Shown here in pieces: positions 8,547-15,222 of a stretch of 43,362 nucleotides of DNA (its first letter is position 1; each line of letters begins with the position of its first letter). The notes beneath the pieces were generated by a model. The model saw nothing but the letters and a program-made list of their open reading frames with translations. It ran no database searches and was not told where the DNA came from. The DNA lies in the IMG/VR virus record IMGVR_UViG_3300011102_000453, positions 1 through 43,362 of that record; one strand, 5' to 3'. The position numbers and the translations under genes were made by a program. Source of the stretch: a virus (Duplodnaviria > Caudoviricetes).

Positions 8547-9740
8547 CTAGTGGGAGTGTGTGGGTTGACCGAGATCGTCCCATAGCGTGACTCGATGCGT
8601 ATCGGCTGGGAGTTTGGCAACATCCTCCCACTGCACGGCCACGGGCGTTGGTGGAATCCAGCGCAGCACCGGAACGCGATGGTCAGGCGCCGAGCGCGGC
8701 CCCATCCAATACGTATGCCAGTGTGCACGACGCATATGGGGGCGCACGAGTGGATACGACCCCGGTGTCGTGCGTCCAGGTTCACCCTCCCGGTTGGCGG
8801 GTTTCCCCACGCGAAGCGCGGCCCCGACCCGTGCGCCCACCATCCATTCCGTGATGTTGTGAGCGGCAATCAATTTACGCCCCTGGCGCGGTGCGGCTGG
8901 CTCGGGTGGGTGCATCGCCATAACATCCGGCTCGTCGGAGCACAAATACAGGATGAGCGACAGCAGGGGCGCCAACTGCGGGGCCCAGTACGCCAGACGT
9001 GCCTCACGTTTTGCGCTAAACACCTGCTGGATCACGTGCTGAAACCGGTCCGCGCCCATTGCATGGAGCATCGTCGTGGCCCACATCGTCCGTGTGGCGG
9101 TGAGGAGCCCGCGTTCCACCTCCTCGTTGAGGGCAACCGCCGCGACGAGTGCGGCGGGCTCCTGTCCGTGTCGTGACTCGCAATCCAGCACAAGCGTGAG
9201 GCTATCGAATGTTGGGCGCTGCATCGCGGCCAACAGTGTCGGATCAACTACCTGCCGCAGCACGCCGTAAGGGGTCGCATCCAGCGTTGCAAACACCCCT
9301 CGCAGCGGCACGGCGGGTGTGCCTGGTGCCTCCGAAAACATCATCCCAGGGGTGCAGAGATACACTCCCCAGTGCGGCAGCCGTGTAAATATTTCCGCGG
9401 GGAGCACCACGTCTGTAATTGGTGTCCCCAGCAGCATGTCATAGAGTGTGGGGTCAAACTGATAGATCGGTTTCCCCATGCGCCACGAGGCCAGCGCGTG
9501 CACAATCCAGGGATTTCGTCCCGGAGCATCACGAGGCGCTGGAGGGTCTACGAGCGTATCAATCGCTCCGGTGGCGATGGACGCCGGGATATAACACCAC
9601 GGCGCCCACGGCGTATCGGTATCAGTGAGATATTTCTCGCGTGCGCGATCAATGACACGCCACACGCGCGGCGAATACGCGCGCTCGCACACACGCAGCC
9701 AATGATAGGGGCGTTCGGCTATCGTTGACGCCGCCACCAT
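8547..9740 (-). CDS. acrVA2: AcrVA2/FinQ-family anti-CRISPR protein
   Basis: Colinear motifs matching AcrVA2 as recalled: WR..KPIYQFD, IF..LP.W.VY, RGVFA..D, LILYLCSDEPD, VG.RVG..LR, RPHMRRAHWHTYW.G, RW.PP..V. Confidence 0.85.
   Translation of the reverse strand: MVAASTIAERPYHWLRVCERAYSPRVWRVIDRAREKYLTDTDTPWAPWCYIPASIATGAIDTLVDPPAPRDAPGRNPWIVHALASWRMGKPIYQFDPTLYDMLLGTPITDVVLPAEIFTRLPHWGVYLCTPGMMFSEAPGTPAVPLRGVFATLDATPYGVLRQVVDPTLLAAMQRPTFDSLTLVLDCESRHGQEPAALVAAVALNEEVERGLLTATRTMWATTMLHAMGADRFQHVIQQVFSAKREARLAYWAPQLAPLLSLILYLCSDEPDVMAMHPPEPAAPRQGRKLIAAHNITEWMVGARVGAALRVGKPANREGEPGRTTPGSYPLVRPHMRRAHWHTYWMGPRSAPDHRVPVLRWIPPTPVAVQWEDVAKLPADTHRVTLWDDLGQPTHSH
9116..9164. repeat. 49-bp dispersed direct repeat A, copy 2 (inside acrVA2)
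   Basis: Matches 5766-5814 at 48 of 49 positions. Confidence 0.95.
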
Positions 9741-10123
9741 TGCTCGACGGCCTCCACGATGGCCACCTCCTCGTGATAGGAGAGCGTCTCCAGTTTCTCC
9801 AGGAGCGACCGGTGCAGGTCGGATAGATCCCCGTCCTCTCGTGGCTCGTCGACGTCGTCAAGATAATCTCGAACCCCGACGACGAGCCCACGGATCATGG
9901 CAGCTGGCTCGTGAATCACGCCCTGCAGCGCGGCCCGCAGGACGTCCCACTCCTCTGGCGTAAATTTTCGTTCGATTCGCGTTCGTTCGAGCATTTCAGC
10001 ATAGCGATCCGCGATCGTGGTGAGCCGCCCAGTGAGGGACACCCCCTCCGGCATCGCTCCCAACGCGTTCTGGAGTGGTGGGGTCAGGTAAATCGAGCGT
10101 TTTCGTTTATCGTATGTCGCCAT
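9719..10123 (-). CDS. RHH-like DNA-binding protein of mobile elements
   Basis: N-terminal RKRSIYL beta strand followed by two helices (SLTGRLTTIADRY); overlaps the acrVA2 start. Confidence 0.65.
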   Translation of the reverse strand: MATYDKRKRSIYLTPPLQNALGAMPEGVSLTGRLTTIADRYAEMLERTRIERKFTPEEWDVLRAALQGVIHEPAAMIRGLVVGVRDYLDDVDEPREDGDLSDLHRSLLEKLETLSYHEEVAIVEAVEQWWRRQR

Positions 10124-10421
10124 AGGATATTTCGGTCTGTGATGCTGACGTGGTTGAGGCGAACCGTCCAATCCATCGCTCCATCATGGCCGCGAGAATC
10201 GAGGCTCCGGTCAGGACGAGACTGAGCATGATGCCCACGGCAGCGAGCACGCAGAGCACGCCCAGGAGCGTCCAGTTGATGACGGAGGGGGGTTTTGATT
10301 GGGCGACGATGATCGCAGCCACCACGATGGTCATCATGGCTCCGGCCATCCCTACGCCCACCACGGCGAACAGCTCAAAAAAATATTTTTCCGCGACGGC
10401 ACGCATTGTTTTTGTTGTCAT
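10107..10421 (-). CDS. Two-TM membrane protein
   Basis: GAGGAG RBS before ATG 10421; two hydrophobic segments. Confidence 0.65.
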   Translation of the reverse strand: MTTKTMRAVAEKYFFELFAVVGVGMAGAMMTIVVAAIIVAQSKPPSVINWTLLGVLCVLAAVGIMLSLVLTGASILAAMMERWIGRFASTTSASQTEISYGDIR

Positions 10422-10450
10422 TAGAGGCTCCTCTCGGATGTTGATCGGAA

Positions 10451-10479
10451 CGGGGACGATGGGCTCCCCATCGCCCCCG
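10451..10479 (-). other. 13-bp RNA hairpin between genes (stabiliser or attenuator)
   Basis: CGGGGACGATGGG-CTC-CCCATCGCCCCCG; the single mismatch becomes a G-U pair on the minus strand. Confidence 0.6.
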
Positions 10480-10490
10480 CATATCACCGG

Positions 10491-10805
10491 TTACCAGGTT
10501 TCGATGTCCCGCCACATTTTGCGGGCCTCACGTCGGATGAGAGCGGCGAGCGGCTCCCGTCCATCCCACCGCAGCGTGTTCCCTGTCGAGGCGAGGCCAT
10601 CACAGACCTGTGGGTTGCGTCCGTCGCTCGTGCGTTGGCGGACATACCCGCCGCCGATCGGCGCAAAAAATGCCCACTCGACCTGCTCCCCGAATCCATT
10701 ATCTCCGACATAGGTGGCCTGGTTGTCACGGTCAGCAACCACCCGATAGCGAGGGGAGCGGCGTGAGGTGGCGGTGGCGGCAGTGGTGTTCGTTACGTTC
10801 ATCAT
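10491..10805 (-). CDS. Small protein, possible AcrIE9-like anti-CRISPR
   Basis: F.P.G..YV...QVC.G....G.TL.WDG....A.IRR pattern resembles AcrIE9 as recalled; first gene after a strong promoter; AAGGAG RBS. Confidence 0.5.
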   Translation of the reverse strand: MMNVTNTTAATATSRRSPRYRVVADRDNQATYVGDNGFGEQVEWAFFAPIGGGYVRQRTSDGRNPQVCDGLASTGNTLRWDGREPLAALIRREARKMWRDIETW

Positions 10806-10877
10806 AATAATTCTCCTTGCATGACCTTTTCGGTCGTCTCATGGGTAGCGATCGACCCCGTGTCGATCGCACGAGGA

Positions 10878-10905
10878 AATATATACAGACTCACTACATA
10901 GTCAA
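10878..10905 (-). promoter_or_regulatory. Sigma70-type promoter P2 of the acr island
   Basis: TTGACT-N16-TATATT on the minus strand; tandem TGACTAT repeats overlap the -35; 9-bp hairpin at 10848-10870 in the 5' UTR. Confidence 0.75.
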
Positions 10906-10931
10906 TATATAGTCAGCGCGTTTTTCGTTTT

Positions 10932-10957
10932 GTTACAATTCATTCGGGATTTCTTCG
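10932..10957. repeat. 26-bp direct repeat B, copy 1
   Basis: GTTACAATTCATTCGGGATTTCTTCG, identical to 11919-11944. Confidence 0.95.
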
Positions 10958-11251
10958 GATGGCCTCTTTTTCTCCCTGGCCCGCTAGTCCTCCCTCCTGT
11001 GTCCCGCCCCGATAGATCTGGTAGGGCTGGGGGCCTCGGTCCAGGCGGATCATCTCCACAATCGGCGGATACATCACGATCGCCCGCAGCAGTTGGCGGG
11101 TCGTGCCGCCAACCCTGGGGAATGGTCTCGAGCCATCCCGCCAGCCGCGCACGGTGCGCTCGTTCACGCCGCACACTGCGGTTGCAAATTTCCGATCCGA
11201 GAGCCCCGCCGCTGCAATGGCGGCCTCCAACAGGCGTTGATCCGTGGTCAT
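10940..11251 (-). CDS. Aca-like HTH regulator
   Basis: GLSDRKFA...GVNERTVRGW..G.RP HTH; last gene of a two-gene unit in the acr island. Confidence 0.7.
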   Translation of the reverse strand: MTTDQRLLEAAIAAAGLSDRKFATAVCGVNERTVRGWRDGSRPFPRVGGTTRQLLRAIVMYPPIVEMIRLDRGPQPYQIYRGGTQEGGLAGQGEKEAIRRNPE

Positions 11252-11254
11252 GGA

Positions 11255-11812
11255 TTAGCCCTCCTGGGTGAGGAGGGCATCGATCTCAGCGATCCGAGCC
11301 ACGAGGCGATCCCGCTCGGCCTGCAATGCAACACGGTCGATCACTGGCGCCTCATCGACGATGTCGAGCCCCAACTGTTCGGCTGTCGCACGCGGGAAAT
11401 CCCGCACGAGCACCGCGGTCCCGTCGACGACCTGGGTCTCCCAGTTTTTCACCGAGCCGCCGCTGCGAAACCCGCCGGATTCCAGGATAACCCCGTCGCC
11501 CAGCTTGGCCCCCCCATCCCGCCCAAACGCCCGTGCAATCGTCCGTCCCGCGACCGCGATCGGACCACACCGCACCGCCGCGGCCTTCTCAAATCGGACC
11601 CGCACCGTGACGAGATCCTGTGTCCGGCCATCACTGCCATAGATGGTTTGACACAGCTCACGCACACGGGCCTCGTCGCGGATGTCGAACCGCCAGGATT
11701 TATCTGCCGCATGCCATTTCCCGGCGATCCGCCTGGCCGCGTCCACGAACTCGGGGTTATACGGGGCGACGACGGCAATCTGTGTGTCAGTCGTGGTGAT
11801 CGTGACAATCAT
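11255..11812 (-). CDS. Conserved MGE protein, candidate anti-defence factor
   Basis: PYNPEFV..AR...GKW....W.FD.RDE..VRELC..IYG.DG...GRD.GA.LGDGV...GG..SGGS.KNW...L.AER.RL.ARIAEIDALL, a family I recognise from phages and plasmids; GAGGAG RBS. Confidence 0.75.
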   Translation of the reverse strand: MIVTITTTDTQIAVVAPYNPEFVDAARRIAGKWHAADKSWRFDIRDEARVRELCQTIYGSDGRTQDLVTVRVRFEKAAAVRCGPIAVAGRTIARAFGRDGGAKLGDGVILESGGFRSGGSVKNWETQVVDGTAVLVRDFPRATAEQLGLDIVDEAPVIDRVALQAERDRLVARIAEIDALLTQEG

Positions 11813-11863
11813 TGTATGCTCTCCTCGTATTTGGTCGGGCGTCATTGCCCTGACACATGGAGG

Positions 11864-11892
11864 AATATAGGGTCTATTGCCCTAGGGCACAA
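11864..11892 (-). promoter_or_regulatory. Sigma70-type promoter P1 with overlapping inverted repeat (candidate Aca operator)
   Basis: TTGTGC-N17-TATATT on the minus strand; TGCCCTAGGGCA palindrome flanked by TAGGGT..ACCCTA. Confidence 0.75.
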
Positions 11893-11918
11893 TACCCTAA
11901 TTGGAGGTATCGTACATC

Positions 11919-11944
11919 GTTACAATTCATTCGGGATTTCTTCG
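11919..11944. repeat. 26-bp direct repeat B, copy 2
   Basis: Identical to 10932-10957. Confidence 0.95.
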
Positions 11945-12021
11945 CTTTTACCCCCTTCCCTAGCCCCTAGCCTCTCGGGCCCTCGGGGCCTCTGCATATA
12001 GGATGCGGACGGGGGTTGACG

Positions 12022-12078
12022 GGGGTGTTAAATTTCGCGTTAACACGCGTATAACGCGAAATCGCAGATTAACACCCC
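12022..12078. repeat. 57-bp interrupted inverted repeat abutting the terS start codon
   Basis: GGGGTGTTAA/TTAACACCCC and ATTTCGCGTTA/TAACGCGAAAT arms. Confidence 0.85.
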
Positions 12079-12639
12079 ATGGCGCAGACCAGTACGAAAA
12101 AGACCGGCGAAAAGGCCGGGGGCTCAAATACGGAAAAGTCCGCACAGCGGACGCTAGGCGAACTCGTGCCACAGCCACACGGGGGTGCGATCTACCAGGG
12201 CCCTCCTGCCAATCCTGTCGCTGGTCCGGGTCGCCCGAAAAACGAAATCCGCGAGCAGTTACTGGAGCTCGGATATGAAAGCGGACTCCCGTTTCTCAGG
12301 CAGCTATTTCAAGGGACGGTGGAGGTGCAGTTCGTTGGCACCTGTCCGCAGTGCAATGCCACGTCGCCGATCCCGAAGGGGGCGTTCCTGGACTCCCTGC
12401 TCCATCGTGCTGAGGCCGCGGTGAGACGCAGCATTGACCATCGCCTACGCGCGTCGGAACAGTCGTGGAGATACGGTCTCGGCGAGGAGAACAAAATCAC
12501 GCTGGATCACCCATTGTTCCAGTCTGAGGCGCGCCGGTACATCGAGACGGTCGAGGCGGTGATCCGGAGCAGCGTCGGCCCTGCGGTCGCGGAGCGTATG
12601 ATCGGAGAGATCCACGCACAGCTCGGAGGTGGACAGTGA
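12079..12639 (+). CDS. Putative terminase small subunit
   Basis: NP..GPGRPK motif followed by a helical body; first gene of the rightward late block upstream of terL. Confidence 0.55.
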   Translation: MAQTSTKKTGEKAGGSNTEKSAQRTLGELVPQPHGGAIYQGPPANPVAGPGRPKNEIREQLLELGYESGLPFLRQLFQGTVEVQFVGTCPQCNATSPIPKGAFLDSLLHRAEAAVRRSIDHRLRASEQSWRYGLGEENKITLDHPLFQSEARRYIETVEAVIRSSVGPAVAERMIGEIHAQLGGGQ

Positions 12640-12818
12640 TCGGCACGGAATGCAAATGCCATCGTTGTGGCACGTTTATCGGTCACGCCCGCGGAGATGT
12701 ACAGTATGTCGAGATGGTGAAACGCTGTACGGATAAACCCGATGGACGCGAATACAAATTTTGCCGTCACTGTCGGATGTACAACGTGTTTGCCGAAAAG
12801 AAAAAGGTTGCGGCGTAG
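12636..12818 (+). CDS. Zn-ribbon protein (Mu Com-like)
   Basis: CHRCG...FCRHCRMYN; GTGA overlap. Confidence 0.6.
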   Translation: MIGTECKCHRCGTFIGHARGDVQYVEMVKRCTDKPDGREYKFCRHCRMYNVFAEKKKVAA

Positions 12819-12835
12819 TAAAATCGTGCTATATT
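12808..12835 (+). promoter_or_regulatory. Promoter for the tRNA/ncRNA/tad2 transcript
   Basis: TTGCGG-N16-TATATT with extended -10 (TGcTATATT). Confidence 0.6.
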
Positions 12836-12968
12836 GACAGACTAGTTAGCTTCGCCGCTGCATCTGGCGAGGCTCGGTTGGACGGCTCATCTACCATGCG
12901 TAGAAGGAGCAACGAGGCCGTTTCAGGCGGTGACGGTCTAGACCTGGGTGGGGACACTCCCCCCAAAT

Positions 12969-13041
12969 AGCGGCGAATGTTCCAAGGCTGGCGACGGAGA
13001 CTCCAAATCTCTGTGGGTGGGTTCGATTCCTACCGCCGCTG
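12969..13041 (+). tRNA. tRNA-Trp(CCA), non-canonical; CCA end not encoded
   Basis: Acceptor AGCGGCG/CGCCGCT plus discriminator G; anticodon arm CGGAGA-CTCCAAA-TCTCTG; T arm GTGGG-TTCGATT-CCTAC. Confidence 0.85.
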
Positions 13042-13042
13042 T

Positions 13043-13266
13043 GGTTCGTGAAATCGGCAATGGCGAGGATGACCGTGCAAGGGCTTGGCGGAGTCCGCAT
13101 CTGGAAACACGCGAAAATGCCCAGTGAAGTCATAGCCCGGCAACAGCCCGCGAACCGCCGTGGTGTCAGTGTCGTCGAATCACCCGTGAGGGCGACACGG
13201 TAACGGATCGGGAACCACACAGATTCTGTGGTCCGATCGACCGGAATTCTATCACTGATCGGGCCG
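13043..13266 (+). ncRNA. Putative structured RNA between the tRNA and tad2
   Basis: No credible ORF; nested stems GGTTCGTG/CGCGAACC, ATGAC/GTCAT, GGGC/GCCC, GTGTCGTC/GGCGACAC, GATCGG..ACCACA/TGTGGT.CCGATC. Confidence 0.5.
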
Positions 13267-13311
13267 AACGGCTCTCTATCTCCGCACTGCGGAACTGGAG
13301 GGCCGTTTTTT
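13267..13311 (+). terminator. Intrinsic terminator-like hairpin that sequesters the tad2 RBS
   Basis: AACGGCTCTCTA/TGGAGGGCCGTT stem plus T tract; GGAGG at 13297-13301 lies in the 3' arm. Confidence 0.75.
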
Positions 13312-13552
13312 GTTAGAGACGTTTGATTTTGGCACCGCAATCGAGAGACTGAGAGCGGGCTATCTCGTCACGAGAAGCGGATGGAATGGGCGAGGCATGT
13401 GGCTCGCGCTTCAGGAGCCGGATGACAGCTCGAACATGACACGCCCATACATCTACATGAAAACGGCGGACGATGCATTCGTCCCGTGGGTGGCGAGCCA
13501 GAGTGACATCCTCGCGAACGACTGGCAGACGATCACAGCCCCGTCGCAGTGA
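13310..13552 (+). CDS. tad2: Tad2-family (DUF2829) immune-signal sponge
   Basis: FG.AI..L..G..V.R.GWNG.GMWL....PYIYMKTA....VPW.ASQ.D.LA.DW signature; TTG start. Confidence 0.88.
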   Translation: MLETFDFGTAIERLRAGYLVTRSGWNGRGMWLALQEPDDSSNMTRPYIYMKTADDAFVPWVASQSDILANDWQTITAPSQ

Positions 13553-13659
13553 TGGAATACACCTGCCAGTGCACCCACTGGGGTTCGTCCTACACAGTGG
13601 GAACCGTCGAAATCGTGAAATGTCACGCCTGTGGGGCTGAGAAGGTGGTGAGCAAGTGA
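13552..13659 (+). CDS. 35-aa Zn-ribbon microprotein
   Basis: Read by hand: MEYTCQCTHW...KCHACG; overlaps both neighbours. Confidence 0.5.
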   Translation: MEYTCQCTHWGSSYTVGTVEIVKCHACGAEKVVSK

Positions 13660-13961
13660 GGGACGCTCTCAGATACGCGTGGCGTCTGCTGCAACACGAA
13701 AATGTCTATCCTACACTCTGGATCACATGCTACGCGATGTTCTTAGGTGCTGCGTTAGCACGGCGTGAGTGGGGATGGATAATCTTCCATTTTGCTATCG
13801 TGATATTCTGGTGGTATGCCATCCTCAATCGTGAGCGTAAACGTCCCACTCTCTGCGTAGCCCCCTATCGGACGTGGGACGCCACAGCTGAAAAGTGGGT
13901 GGACTTTCAGGCTGGCGACTTCGAGACGAAGCGGACGCTTGCCGTCGTGGAGCACGTGTGA
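13656..13961 (+). CDS. Membrane protein
   Basis: Two hydrophobic, aromatic-rich segments; coupled junctions. Confidence 0.6.
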   Translation: MRDALRYAWRLLQHENVYPTLWITCYAMFLGAALARREWGWIIFHFAIVIFWWYAILNRERKRPTLCVAPYRTWDATAEKWVDFQAGDFETKRTLAVVEHV

Positions 13962-14164
13962 ACTACCTCTCCAAATCCTTCTCTGTCCCCCAGTCTGGGA
14001 GAGATCCGAAGACGTGTAGTCATGGGTGGGTGCGGTTCACCTTTATCACCGACGGACATCACGAGGGCGATTGTGTAATGTGTGGCGCGCGCGTCGTATC
14101 AGACCTGACGGACACGCCATCGGAGGTGACAACGCCAGTCGTGAACGGGGGGGTGACATCGTGA
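13958..14164 (+). CDS. Small Zn-binding protein
   Basis: CSH...CVMCG; GTGA overlaps. Confidence 0.55.
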   Translation: MNYLSKSFSVPQSGRDPKTCSHGWVRFTFITDGHHEGDCVMCGARVVSDLTDTPSEVTTPVVNGGVTS

Positions 14165-14688
14165 GCACCATGCGCGTGTGTGCAACAAAATGCCATCGCG
14201 GGACAGGTCAGCCGTTGTGTGACCGGTGTATCGGAATGCCTGCCCCAAGTAAGGATGACAACATGGCCGATCAACTCTTCAAGCCTCTCCATGAGCAGGT
14301 GGCTGATGTGACGTACAAACGCATCCAGGAATATCTCAAGACCCCCGAAGGCCGATCGCAGCTCAAGCAGATGATCGAGGAGGCGGAGAAGAAGGACGTT
14401 TCGCTATCTACTGCACTGCTGCGGTATGCTGAGACATATCGTGAGGGATTCTCGATTCACTGTATCACAGATGAGCATTGGGATGCGCTGAGAGAGGCGA
14501 AGAAGGCAGTTCGCGCCGCCGCCCAACGGGAGTACGGGAAGACGGTCGGTGTGAAAGACGAGAGCATAACCGCGAGCATCAACAACGACCGCGTGTACGT
14601 CTGGAAGAGCGGGTGGCTCCACTTAGACTGTCGCGCAGAAGACCTCCCCGGCATCCTCTACGCCCTCTCCACGCTGGAGGAGAAGTGA
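14161..14688 (+). CDS. Hypothetical protein
   Basis: GTGA overlap; start uncertain (an alternative Met follows AAGGA). Confidence 0.6.
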   Translation: MSTMRVCATKCHRGTGQPLCDRCIGMPAPSKDDNMADQLFKPLHEQVADVTYKRIQEYLKTPEGRSQLKQMIEEAEKKDVSLSTALLRYAETYREGFSIHCITDEHWDALREAKKAVRAAAQREYGKTVGVKDESITASINNDRVYVWKSGWLHLDCRAEDLPGILYALSTLEEK

Positions 14689-14906
14689 TCCAAGAGCCAA
14701 TCGATCTCGCTCCGGTCATCGAAACATCACGAGCCCAGATCGCAAAACTGCGAGAGCAGCGCGAGAAACTGGAGTCTGTGTACAACGAGGCGCATACCTC
14801 CTTCGGCTTTGCGCCGTTCGTCACGCTCATCCTGGCGTCTGTAAACAGCTGCGACGAGCAGATCCGCAATTGGGAACGCATGCTCCGCCTGATGGAGGAG
14901 AAATGA
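14685..14906 (+). CDS. Hypothetical coiled-coil protein
   Basis: GGAGGAG RBS, GTGA overlap. Confidence 0.65.
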   Translation: MIQEPIDLAPVIETSRAQIAKLREQREKLESVYNEAHTSFGFAPFVTLILASVNSCDEQIRNWERMLRLMEEK

Positions 14907-15085
14907 GCACAATCGAAATTGTCGTATTGGCCGCGTATGTAATCGGTGGCGTTGCGGCGGTGCTGTGGGCTCGGCACGACGGCGAGTTGCGAGTCTCGCG
15001 TTCTAAGGCGCTGCTCATCTTCTTTGGCTGGCTTTTGCTCGTCTTGGTCCTGTCTTTCCTGTTCTACGAGTGGCTGACGCAATGA
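14903..15085 (+). CDS. Small two-TM membrane protein
   Basis: GGAGGAG RBS, ATGA overlap, two hydrophobic helices. Confidence 0.65.
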   Translation: MSTIEIVVLAAYVIGGVAAVLWARHDGELRVSRSKALLIFFGWLLLVLVLSFLFYEWLTQ

Positions 15086-15222
15086 CTGACCGCCCCTCCC
15101 ACTGCGCTCACTGTGGTTTGACGTTCGGCACGCATGAACCGCGTATTGTCGATCCCCTAGATCCGAAGAAGCAGTACCATCCCTATGATGCGCCCTACTC
15201 GGTACGGGAGCGCTCAAAGTGA
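15082..15222 (+). CDS. 46-aa microprotein (CxxC)
   Basis: Read by hand; fills the gap with 4-bp overlaps on both sides. Confidence 0.5.
   Translation: MTDRPSHCAHCGLTFGTHEPRIVDPLDPKKQYHPYDAPYSVRERSK

Noticed and set aside
10932-11944. CRISPR array or solitary-repeat RNA anti-CRISPR from the 26-bp GTTACAAT repeat
   Set aside because: Only two copies 987 bp apart with genes between them, no palindromic stem, and the second copy lies upstream of the promoter. I could not match it to a known repeat family.
11093-12001. 302-aa plus-strand ORF and other long antisense ORFs (e.g. 20507-21481, 17046-17900, 25346-26203, 37752-38669)
   Set aside because: Shadow frames of well-supported genes in GC-rich DNA.
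12836-12943. Shared CTAG-centred words (GACAGACTAGT also at 41664; GACGGTCTAGAC also at 42593) as a genome-wide operator
   Set aside because: Only 11-12 bp matches with inconsistent symmetry and position; cannot be separated from chance without motif statistics.
13042-13110. tRNA-associated HDV-like (theta) ribozyme
   Set aside because: I could not build the nested double pseudoknot by eye; it needs a motif search.
13072-13140. Group I intron core (GTGCAAGGGCT and AAGTCATAGCCC resemble the R and S elements)
   Set aside because: Too little upstream sequence for P3-P6 and no interrupted gene. The adjacent tRNA is already contiguous.
12891-13340. 149-aa minus-strand ORF
   Set aside because: Overlaps the tRNA and structured RNA on the opposite strand, with no RBS or recognisable motif.
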